Assembly: GCA_051745145.1 (NCBI GenBank)
Contig: JBNJDT010000012.1
Coordinates: 1-34,796 of the forward strand
Origin: Elusimicrobiota bacterium
Lineage (GTDB): Bacteria > CG03 > SLGR01 > JAGXOG01
Direction of reading: 5' to 3'
Length of the DNA: 34,796 nt
The notes under the pieces are model-generated. The model was given only the letters and a program-made list of their open reading frames with translations. It searched no databases and was not told where the DNA came from. Positions 1-8,289 of this stretch are shown one piece after another (within the stretch, counting starts at the first letter, position 1; every line of letters begins with the position of its first letter). Position numbers and translations under genes: made by a program.

Positions 1-1
1 T

Positions 2-421
2 TTTGTAGACGGTAAAATTATGGAGCAGACTCTAAAACCCTATCTTTTAAACGAAGAATACAACCTGTGGGAAAAGATTCCCCGGTATCAGGTAAATGAA
101 GACAAACACACCGTAACCGCCAGCGTAGGACACTTTTCAGTTTTTAATATAATAGGCTCCGGACAGGCCAGCTTAGAAGACGCCCACGCTTTTCCGGTTC
201 CCTTTAAACCGTCCGATCACGATAAGATAACTTTTACTAATATTTCCACAATATGCACTATAAAAATTTATACTTTAAAAGGAGAATTGCTAAAAACCAT
301 AAAACACGAAGGCGGAGGTAGCACAAGCTGGAATGATATAAAGGCGGGCAGCGGTACTTACATTTACACTATTGAAAATGAGAACGATTTTAAGAAAGGC
401 AAGTTGATGATAATCCGATGA
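2..421 (+). CDS. 5'-truncated secreted protein: ZU5/GAIN-like segment with HFS motif plus T9SS type A-like (FlgD-Ig) C-terminal sorting domain
   Basis: Frame is open from position 2 (FVDGKIMEQ...), so the ORF runs off the window. C-terminus AFPVPFKP...IKIYTLKGELLKTI...W...GSGTYIYTIE...KGKLMIIR fits the CTD pattern. ATGA overlap with the next gene. Confidence 0.75.
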   Translation, partial: FVDGKIMEQTLKPYLLNEEYNLWEKIPRYQVNEDKHTVTASVGHFSVFNIIGSGQASLEDAHAFPVPFKPSDHDKITFTNISTICTIKIYTLKGELLKTIKHEGGGSTSWNDIKAGSGTYIYTIENENDFKKGKLMIIR

Positions 422-2307
422 AAAGATTTACCTGCATAATTATCATATTTTTCTTACTTCTTGCCGACCTCAATGCCGACGGAAAATCCGGGGCCGAATT
501 CTTAAAATTCGAAACCGGCGCCCGGCCCATGGGTATGGGAGGAGCGTTTGCCGGTTTAAGCGACGATATAAATGCTCTATGGTGGAATCCGGCGGGACTG
601 GGAACCCTGGAATTTAAAGAGTTTACCCTCATGCACAACGAAGCCGGGGAAGATATCAGCCATGAATTTTCCTCATTTATCTATCCCCTGCGCCGGATCC
701 GGGGGAGTTTGGGAGGAAGTATAAATTACTTTTCGGTAGATGATATTCAGGGATACGATGCCGGGGGGGTCCAGACAGAAAAACTTAAAAATAATAATTT
801 AGGAGTAAACTTAGCCTACGGCTCCCATTTTTTTGAGCCCCTGTACCTGGGTTTAAAATTCGGTTATCTAAGGGAGAATATAGATACCTACACCGACTCC
901 ACCTTTGCTGTAAATGCCGGTCTGCTTTGGGACGCCCCTGCCGACGGTTTAAAACTGGGGATTAACTTTATGAACATGGGAGGCGGCCTTAAATTTATAG
1001 AGGAAAGTTCTCCCCTTCCCTTTAACATTAAAGCCGGTCTGGCCTACCGGAGGAATATTTACGGCTTACCTGTAATTGTAACTGCCGACGGCAATTTTCC
1101 CGAATACAGTACGCCCTATTATAATTTTGGAACCGAAATGCAGTTTTTTGATCTTCTTGACCTGCGCGCCGGTTATAAAACAGACGATGATCTTGCCAGC
1201 GGCCTGAGGCTGGGCGGGGGCATTAAGAATAATAATATCTCAGTTGATTACGCCTGGGTTCCCCGGGGGGATTTGGACAATTCTCACCGCATATCTGTTT
1301 CCTTAAAGTGGGGCACAAAATTTGAAGAGACAAAAATAGAGTCTTCCATCAGAAAAAAGTTTGAAAAAGGTAAAAAATACTACAATAGCGGCCGGCTTAT
1401 AGAAGCCTATCAGATTTTCAGCAATATCCTGAGGGTTGCCCCCAGACATCAAGAAGCCGGAGAATATATTACAGAAATTGAACTCAAAGTTGAAGACGTG
1501 GAAACCTCAAAAATTATAGATGAAGCCCTGAGAAAAGGGAAAAAATATCTTGACAACAATGAGCTTGTCCGGGCCAGAACTCAATTCGAAACCATACTGG
1601 AGCTTGACACTGAAAATCAAAAAGCTAAAGATTATTTAAAAACAATAGACCAGAGATTCGAAAGCGTGGAAGGAGCTATCTTAGGCAGCGCAATGGAGAG
1701 CTTCAACAAGAACAATTATGATACAGCCATGGAGGAATTCCAGAGAGTCTTAACGTTAAATCCCGAAAACCAGAAAGCCGCCGAACACGTAAAAAAGATT
1801 GAAGAAAGAAAAAAAGAACAGAGATTAATTCAGCAAAGGATACAAAAAGAACAGGAAGAGCGTATAAAAAAGCGGCAGATCACCTCCCATATGGAGTCGG
1901 CAAACAACAATTTAAAGAAAAAAAACTGGGAACAGGCAGTCCAGAATTTTCAGAAAGTTCTTGACTTGGACCCAGACCATACCCCGGCCCGGGAAAAACT
2001 GGCCGACACTCTTTACAGACAGGGAAATAAGTTATATAAAGATAATGAACTTATTGATTCAAAAGAAAAAATTTCAAGGGCTCTGAATTATAATTCAGAT
2101 TTACAAAATGCCCGGAATTTACTTGAAAAAATTCAACAAAAAATGCGGGACAAAGCATCTGATTTAAATCGCAGCGCACTTTCTGCATATTCCGGCGGAG
2201 ATCTTAAACAGGCCATCAAACTATGGGAAAAAGCTGTAAAATTCAATCCCCGGCTGGAAGAAGCAAAAGAAAATCTCCAGCGGGCAAGAAGGGAATCACA
2301 GGATTAA
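418..2307 (+). CDS. PorV/PorQ (UPF0164) family outer-membrane beta-barrel fused to C-terminal TPR repeats
   Basis: Signal peptide; GAEFLKFETGARPMGMGGAF...DINALWWNPAGL family motif; barrel ends near HRISVSLKW; TPRs follow (FQRVLTLNPEN, FQKVLDLDPDH, WEKAVKFNP). Confidence 0.85.
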   Translation: MKRFTCIIIIFFLLLADLNADGKSGAEFLKFETGARPMGMGGAFAGLSDDINALWWNPAGLGTLEFKEFTLMHNEAGEDISHEFSSFIYPLRRIRGSLGGSINYFSVDDIQGYDAGGVQTEKLKNNNLGVNLAYGSHFFEPLYLGLKFGYLRENIDTYTDSTFAVNAGLLWDAPADGLKLGINFMNMGGGLKFIEESSPLPFNIKAGLAYRRNIYGLPVIVTADGNFPEYSTPYYNFGTEMQFFDLLDLRAGYKTDDDLASGLRLGGGIKNNNISVDYAWVPRGDLDNSHRISVSLKWGTKFEETKIESSIRKKFEKGKKYYNSGRLIEAYQIFSNILRVAPRHQEAGEYITEIELKVEDVETSKIIDEALRKGKKYLDNNELVRARTQFETILELDTENQKAKDYLKTIDQRFESVEGAILGSAMESFNKNNYDTAMEEFQRVLTLNPENQKAAEHVKKIEERKKEQRLIQQRIQKEQEERIKKRQITSHMESANNNLKKKNWEQAVQNFQKVLDLDPDHTPAREKLADTLYRQGNKLYKDNELIDSKEKISRALNYNSDLQNARNLLEKIQQKMRDKASDLNRSALSAYSGGDLKQAIKLWEKAVKFNPRLEEAKENLQRARRESQD

Positions 2308-3690
2308 ATGAAACTTAGAACAAAATTCAGTTTACTGACATGCACTCTTACGGTATTAGTAGTACTTGGGGTTTCTATATTCTTCTATATTGCCGAGAAG
2401 AATATGTTATTTAAAGAGATACAGGAGAATAAAATCTCCCTGACAAACGGATTGGCCGAAGTCAGCAAAGAATCTTTCATTACTTCCAACCAGATAATGC
2501 TAATCAATTACATCAAACAGATAAAAAACCTAAATCCCGAAGTTGCATTTGCTGCTTCGTATACTTCCCGGGGGGAAATAATTGCTCACTCTAACAGTGA
2601 ACTTATAGGGGAGCAATCCTCTAAACTCTTTGAGAATAATGAAAATATCTCAGTTACAACCACTACTGTCCGCACCAATAATAAACCAAGAGGTACGGCT
2701 ATTATCGGATTTTCGGATAAATTTTTACAGGATAAAATAGATGACGGTTTAGCCGAAACCAGAAAAAAAATTGCCGCCGTCGGAGGAGCAGGACTATTAA
2801 TAGGGTTTATAGGTGCTGTAATACTTTCGGTGATAATGACCAAACCCATAAAAAAGATGACTCAAGCAGCAGAAAAAATAGGTGACGGCAACCTGGACAC
2901 CAAAATAGATGTAACCCGAAAAGATGAACTGGGCGGATTGGCCGAGGATATTAATAGGATGGCCAAAAAATTAAAGGAACTGGATGAGATGAAACAGGAT
3001 TTTATATCCAGCGTTACCCATGAATTCCGGTCTCCCTTAAATGCTATGGCCATACATTTTGATCTGCTTTTCAAGGGCCGCCTGGGAGAGATGACCGAAG
3101 AACAAAAAAAATCTCTGACAGTTTTGAGAAATAACGCCAAAAGACTGGAAAAATTTATTAACGACCTTCTGGATATTTCTAAAATAGAAAGGGGAAAAAT
3201 GGAGATATCTTCAGAAAATTTTGATCTCATACCCGTAATAGATGAAATATTCAGCCTCTACAAAGTCCAGGGAGAGAAAAAAGATGTAATTATGGAGAAA
3301 AAATTACCGGAAAGCCTGCCCCAGGTTAATGGCGACCCGGACAGGACAAAACAGATATTAAGTAATCTCATTAATAATGCCATAAAATTTACTCCCGCGG
3401 ATGGCCGGGTTACGGTTAGCGCCGAAAAAGATTCCGAAGATTTCGTTAAAGTAAATGTGGAAGATACGGGAATGGGAATCCCCGAAGAAGACCGCAAGGG
3501 AATATTCAGTAAATTTGAACAGGTTAAGGGGGTACGAAAAAAAATAAAAGGTCAAAAAGGTACCGGCCTGGGCCTGGCCATAGCAAAACAGATTATTGAA
3601 GAACAGGACGGTAAAATCTGGGTGGAGTCTGAAGTTGACAAAGGTTCTGTTTTTCATTTTACACTTCCCATAGTAAAAAATAAAAAATGA
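2308..3690 (+). CDS. Membrane sensor histidine kinase (2 TM, HAMP, HisKA, HATPase_c)
   Basis: Two hydrophobic helices; HAMP (PIKKM...DELGGLA); H-box VTHEFRSPL; N-box NLINNAIKF; DTGMGI and GTGLGLAI. Starts immediately after the upstream TAA. Confidence 0.93.
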   Translation: MKLRTKFSLLTCTLTVLVVLGVSIFFYIAEKNMLFKEIQENKISLTNGLAEVSKESFITSNQIMLINYIKQIKNLNPEVAFAASYTSRGEIIAHSNSELIGEQSSKLFENNENISVTTTTVRTNNKPRGTAIIGFSDKFLQDKIDDGLAETRKKIAAVGGAGLLIGFIGAVILSVIMTKPIKKMTQAAEKIGDGNLDTKIDVTRKDELGGLAEDINRMAKKLKELDEMKQDFISSVTHEFRSPLNAMAIHFDLLFKGRLGEMTEEQKKSLTVLRNNAKRLEKFINDLLDISKIERGKMEISSENFDLIPVIDEIFSLYKVQGEKKDVIMEKKLPESLPQVNGDPDRTKQILSNLINNAIKFTPADGRVTVSAEKDSEDFVKVNVEDTGMGIPEEDRKGIFSKFEQVKGVRKKIKGQKGTGLGLAIAKQIIEEQDGKIWVESEVDKGSVFHFTLPIVKNKK

Positions 3691-5615
3691 GTAATCCTAA
3701 GATACTTGTAGTAGATGACAACAGGGATGCCCGCGTGGGCCTGGAGCAATACCTGTCCGCAGAAAATTTTGAAATAGAATCAGCCGATAGCGGTGAGCAG
3801 GCCGTAGAGCTTCTCAAAGACAATAAATACAGCATAGTCCTGGCCGATTTAAAAATGCAGGATATAGACGGCATAGGTGTATTAGAGGAGACAAAAAGAC
3901 TGCATCCGAATACTGAAGTTATTATTATGACCGCCTACGCCTCTGTTGATACAGCCGTCAAGGCCATGAAAGCCGGAGCGTATGACTATGTCTCCAAGCC
4001 CCTTAACATGGAAGAAATTTTAGTGCTTCTGGAAAGATGCCTGGAAAAGCAGAATCTGGTCAGAGAAGTATCCGGTCTAAAACAGATTGTAAATCTCTAT
4101 GAAGTATCCCAAAAATTAAGTACCGTTATTGAACTGGACGAACTGCTTACCAGAATTATTAAATTAGCCTCCGATGCCCTAAATGCCGACGGGGGATCGA
4201 TAATGCTCTATGATTCTAAAAAAAATGAACTTGAAATTAAAGCGGCCCAGGGCACTTTTAAAAAGAAAGTGGAGGGTAAAAGACTCCAACTCGGGGAACG
4301 GTTTGCCGGTAAAGCCGCTATCTTAAAAAAACCTCTTTTAAGTGAAAATGAAAAAGATAAAAAATGGTTCCAATCCTTACAACAATTTGAAGATATTAAC
4401 TCCGGTATGAGCGTACCTATGATAGTAAAGGGCAAACTAATCGGAACTGTTAACCTCAAAAGAACTGCCCTTGAAGAAAAATTTTCCGAAAAAGATATTA
4501 AACTTTTATCTATATTTGCCCAGCAGGCCGCGGTGGCTATCGAAAATTCTTACTTATTCCGCAATCTCGAGCAGGAAAAAAATAAACTTTCATCTTTATT
4601 TTCCAATATGGGAGACGGGGCCATAATGGTTAACGGTAATTTTAAAATTATGCTGATTAATTCAACCGCCAAAAAGTTTTTCAACTGCCCCGGCGAAGAA
4701 TGCCGCGGAAGAGATATAAGAAATATCTTAAACGGATTTTCCCCTTCAAAATCATGGCAAAAAATAAAAAATTCTGACAGCCAGACTGAGACTTTCGAAC
4801 TGGCAAAAAAGGATCCCCAGCCGGTTTATCTTGCCGGTATGGCAACTAAAATAAAAGACAATAATGATAAAACTATAAATATCATTTTTGTACTTAGAGA
4901 TATAACCGACCATAAAAAAGAGACCTTGATAAAGAAAAATTTCCTAAGACTCATGTCCCATAAACTCCGGACCCCTTTAACATCCGCCCTGGGTTTTTTA
5001 GATATGTTAACTCAGGATAAGACCCTCCGGAAATTGGATGATTCCGAAAAAGAATTTGTATCCGTAATAGACCAAAAGACAAACCAGCTCTCTTCTCTTG
5101 TGGATAAACTTCTCAGATTTACGCTTTTGGAGACAGAAACACTATCTCTTAACAAAAACGCAGTCTCTTTAAAAAAGATTGTCACTCAGTCTCTTGAAGC
5201 TTTAGAACCGCTGATAAACAAAAGTGACGTAGATGTAAAATTAAGAGGTTTTGAAAACCTTGATAAATTAAAATTAGACGGAGAAAAGTTTCAGGAGGTT
5301 CTCGAAAATCTCATAGAAAACGGAATAAAATTCAATGATAAGAAAGAGAAAAAGATCTGGGTAACAGCAGAAGAAAAAGAAAATAATATAACTTTAACGG
5401 TAGAAGATAACGGCCCGGGTATTCCCCTGGAAAAACAGAGTACAGTATTTGAAAAGTATCAACAGCTTGAAGACTCTTTTACCGGACAGGTGGAAGGCAT
5501 CGGATTGGGCCTGGCTTTAGTAAAAAAAGTAGTGAATTCTCATGACGGTAAAATTACTATTAAAAACCGTACTGAAGAAGGCTGTAAATTTATTATTACT
5601 CTTCCTAAAAATTAA
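3687..5615 (+). CDS. Cytoplasmic hybrid histidine kinase REC-GAF-PAS-HisKA-HATPase_c
   Basis: REC (ILVVDD, DLKM, TAY, KP); GAF (SVPMIVKGKLIG...QAAVAIEN); PAS ending RDITD; H-box SHKLRTPL; DNGPGI and GIGLGL. Confidence 0.93.
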   Translation: MSNPKILVVDDNRDARVGLEQYLSAENFEIESADSGEQAVELLKDNKYSIVLADLKMQDIDGIGVLEETKRLHPNTEVIIMTAYASVDTAVKAMKAGAYDYVSKPLNMEEILVLLERCLEKQNLVREVSGLKQIVNLYEVSQKLSTVIELDELLTRIIKLASDALNADGGSIMLYDSKKNELEIKAAQGTFKKKVEGKRLQLGERFAGKAAILKKPLLSENEKDKKWFQSLQQFEDINSGMSVPMIVKGKLIGTVNLKRTALEEKFSEKDIKLLSIFAQQAAVAIENSYLFRNLEQEKNKLSSLFSNMGDGAIMVNGNFKIMLINSTAKKFFNCPGEECRGRDIRNILNGFSPSKSWQKIKNSDSQTETFELAKKDPQPVYLAGMATKIKDNNDKTINIIFVLRDITDHKKETLIKKNFLRLMSHKLRTPLTSALGFLDMLTQDKTLRKLDDSEKEFVSVIDQKTNQLSSLVDKLLRFTLLETETLSLNKNAVSLKKIVTQSLEALEPLINKSDVDVKLRGFENLDKLKLDGEKFQEVLENLIENGIKFNDKKEKKIWVTAEEKENNITLTVEDNGPGIPLEKQSTVFEKYQQLEDSFTGQVEGIGLGLALVKKVVNSHDGKITIKNRTEEGCKFIITLPKN

Positions 5616-6531
5616 ATTTAATAGAAATTCTGTTTTCCCGGGACACTTCCAGCATCTCACCGGCGGGCAAAGAAGCCCAGTCCAGACTAAAATTACCGGA
5701 TATTATTCCCACACCTAAAGTAAGTCCCCCCAGATTACCGGCCCTGCTATAATATCCTGTCCTTAAAAAAAATTCGGAGGCAACCGTGTATTCTACCCCC
5801 ACTCCCGGACGCCAGCTATCATCCAGGATTTTATTTAGTTCCCCGGTAAAAAGAAGATTATCATACTCGTATGATCCCCCGATTCTAACTGTCCTGGGCA
5901 AATCATCGGATTTAGGTTGATCTCCCATCTTTATTTTCTGCCCCAGATTTATCACGCTGGCTCCCAGGTTTAACCTGTCATTAAAGCCCGGGTAGTTATA
6001 AATAATTCCTCCGTCAACAGCAAATGCCTCCCCCGTTATCTTATCAAGTCCGGTACCGTCAAACACTTTCTGAATAAATTTTGCTCCTACTCCCCCTGCC
6101 AGATTGGTGGTAAAACTTTTTCCGTAGTAAACCGAAAACGCCCTTTCCTGCCAGAATATATGCCCTGCTTCTTCGCCTTCCTCATCTATGCGGGGTTCCT
6201 CATCGTATAACATTAAATGTCCGGATGCGGCAAAGCCGCCTCCGGCTGCGGGCATTCCAAAACCAAGGTATTCAAGAGAAGAGGTTTCTGAAACTTTAGA
6301 ATGCATCACCCCGGTATTCATCCTGTCAATGCGGGCTATTCCGGCCGGATTCCAGTAAGTTGAAAAAATATCCGCTTTCCGGGCGTCATATGTCTCTCCC
6401 ATAGCCGATTCCCGGCCTCCCACGCCAAACTTTAAAAATTCCGCACCGGTGTCTGCTCCGGTAAAATCCTGGGCATATAGTTTAAAAACAGAAAAGAATA
6501 TTACCCATATAAAAATAGCTGTCTTTTTCAT
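5605..6531 (-). CDS. Stand-alone PorV/PorQ (UPF0164) family beta-barrel
   Basis: Signal peptide; GAEFLKFGVGGRESAMG...YWNPAGIA motif; C-terminal Phe (IKFNF), typical of outer-membrane barrels. Confidence 0.85.
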   Translation of the reverse strand: MKKTAIFIWVIFFSVFKLYAQDFTGADTGAEFLKFGVGGRESAMGETYDARKADIFSTYWNPAGIARIDRMNTGVMHSKVSETSSLEYLGFGMPAAGGGFAASGHLMLYDEEPRIDEEGEEAGHIFWQERAFSVYYGKSFTTNLAGGVGAKFIQKVFDGTGLDKITGEAFAVDGGIIYNYPGFNDRLNLGASVINLGQKIKMGDQPKSDDLPRTVRIGGSYEYDNLLFTGELNKILDDSWRPGVGVEYTVASEFFLRTGYYSRAGNLGGLTLGVGIISGNFSLDWASLPAGEMLEVSRENRISIKFNF

Positions 6532-6568
6532 AATTATTTTGTTGTTTTAATTATAAGGATAGTTTATG

Positions 6569-7975
6569 TTAGTGAAGAACCACCATTCGCTTAGTCAGGA
6601 TGGTATCGCCGGCTTTAAGCTGGTACTGATATACTCCCCGGGAAAGATCGCCGCCTTCGAATACTACTTTATGATTCCCGGCCTCTTTGTACTCATCGAC
6701 CAGGGTAGCCACTTTCTGGCCTCTGGTATTATATATTTTAAGAGAGACGTGGGCGGCTTCGTCTATGGTGTATTTTATTGTAGTATCGGGATTAAATGGA
6801 TTGGGGTAATTCTGTCCTAAACTTGTATTTGAACTACCTGTATCCGGGGTTTCGCTGGTGCCGGATAAAGAAGCTACCTTGTATTTTGGATAACTGTTGT
6901 CTGAAACAGAAATGGAATTCTTTTGACTATTTACCTTGGAACCTTTAACCTTTTCCCAGGTTTCAAGATACTCATTCCATCCGTAAAGCGTAAGTGAAGA
7001 CAGACCGTATTTTTTAGCATCTTTGCTATTGTAATAGAGCTCAACTTCATCTTTGGATTCTGCAGGGGCAACATCCGGTCCCAGAAGCTGGGCATCTTTT
7101 AACTCCGTCTCCGTTACAGTACCATCGCCGTAAGTTACTACCAGACGGGGATAATCGCCAACTTCGGAAGATTCATAATCAATTACAGTTTCAAAATTTG
7201 TGCCGCCGTTTTCCCAGATTTCTTTAACATCCTCGGTTACATCCCATTCATAACCCTGTCCGTTTTCAGCGGGAAGGTAATAATATTCTCCGGACTTTTT
7301 ATCTAATTTTTGATTATCTTTATCAGCTTTTTTGGCTTTTAAAAGGTGGTTTTTATCTTCTGATGTATAATTCATCCAGACTTTGGCCTCTTTAACTTTA
7401 GCTCTGCTGGGAGAATCGGGAATATTCCCTTTTAATTTGTAGTTGAATTTTCTTGTTTCAGAAGCGGGAGAATATTTTTTTATAGTTCTTATGGCATCAC
7501 TTCCCTCAAATTCATCTCCGTTTTCAAGATCTCCGGCTACAGTAAAACTGAGTTCTTCGGATTCGGGTAAGACATGAAGTATATCATCCGCTGAAACTTT
7601 CACCATAAGTTCATCTTCGCCGTCGCCGGTATGGTCTTCATACCCCCAGGGGTTATCCACTGTCTGTACCGGGTCTATGGATTCTCCGCCGATGTGAGTT
7701 ATTTTAACAGTTTCTTTTAGTATATTTTCTGCTTCTTCGCCCTCTTCAAGAGCTATATAAATAGTGACGAATTTCCTGTTACTGGAAAGGTTAAGGGTCT
7801 GGGGAGTTACATCTATGCCGGCTACAATTGGTGTATCCTCTTCTTCGGGGTCTTCACCACCTATAGGGTCGGGATCTATAATAACTTCACCATCCCCCCA
7901 TCCATGTGAAGTTCCTGTCACAAGGACACAAGCAAAAAATCCCAATACTACTGATTGTAATATCTTTTTAATCAT
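6569..7975 (-). CDS. Secreted acidic multidomain protein with classical T9SS type A sorting domain
   Basis: Signal peptide; possible DNRLRE-like segment (WDVTEDVK...YPRLVVTY); C-terminal LGQNYPNPFNPDTTIKYTI...VSLKIYNTRGQKVATLV...GVYQYQLKAG...TKRMVVLH. Confidence 0.85.
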   Translation of the reverse strand: MIKKILQSVVLGFFACVLVTGTSHGWGDGEVIIDPDPIGGEDPEEEDTPIVAGIDVTPQTLNLSSNRKFVTIYIALEEGEEAENILKETVKITHIGGESIDPVQTVDNPWGYEDHTGDGEDELMVKVSADDILHVLPESEELSFTVAGDLENGDEFEGSDAIRTIKKYSPASETRKFNYKLKGNIPDSPSRAKVKEAKVWMNYTSEDKNHLLKAKKADKDNQKLDKKSGEYYYLPAENGQGYEWDVTEDVKEIWENGGTNFETVIDYESSEVGDYPRLVVTYGDGTVTETELKDAQLLGPDVAPAESKDEVELYYNSKDAKKYGLSSLTLYGWNEYLETWEKVKGSKVNSQKNSISVSDNSYPKYKVASLSGTSETPDTGSSNTSLGQNYPNPFNPDTTIKYTIDEAAHVSLKIYNTRGQKVATLVDEYKEAGNHKVVFEGGDLSRGVYQYQLKAGDTILTKRMVVLH

Positions 7976-8013
7976 TTTTGCCCACCGAACATATATTTTA
8001 ATTTCCCCTGAAC

Positions 8014-8092
8014 TTCGGTAGCCCGGCCAGCTTTTACAATAAGCTCCGTGACTTTGCGTCCTTGCTTTACAACAAGTTTGCCCTTATCGGTT
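8014..8092 (-). ncRNA. c-di-GMP-I (GEMM) riboswitch in the leader of 6569..7975
   Basis: Minus strand reads CCGAUAAGGGCAAAC-UUGUU-GUAA-AGCAAG-GACGCAAAG-UCACGG-AGCUU..AAGCU-GGCCGGGCUACCGAA. The GGGCAAAC, GACGCAAAG and UACCG cores, the P2 stem with a GNRA loop and the P3 stem are all present. Confidence 0.92.
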
Positions 8093-8110
8093 TCTCTTTC
8101 TTTCACTCCA

Positions 8111-8139
8111 ATAATAACACAAAAATACAAAATTATCAA
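8111..8139 (-). promoter_or_regulatory. Sigma70-type promoter for the riboswitch-controlled transcript
   Basis: TTGATA (8139-8134), 17-nt spacer, TATTAT (8116-8111) with an extended-10 TG, about 20 nt upstream of the aptamer. Confidence 0.65.
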
Positions 8140-8223
8140 CTAATTTTAGCCCTTCTCTTCTAATAAATGGTTATTACTCATAATTTAAATGTATATTTTA
8201 TGTCATTTTTTTTATTTTATTCT

Positions 8224-8252
8224 TTGACAGGTAGAATAAAAGCGGTTAATGT
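8224..8252 (+). promoter_or_regulatory. Sigma70-type promoter for the 8290-14863 operon
   Basis: TTGACA (8224-8229), 17-nt spacer, TAATGT (8247-8252). Confidence 0.5.
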
Positions 8253-8289
8253 GTTATTATTATATAAAATAAATTGTAACCCTAAACAA

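Noticed and set aside
8014..8092. cGAMP-sensing GEMM-Ib variant
   Set aside because: The discriminator position is G, not A.
8167..8289. 41-codon N-terminal extension of the large secreted protein
   Set aside because: AT-rich, overlaps the predicted promoter, and the signal peptide begins at ATG 8290.
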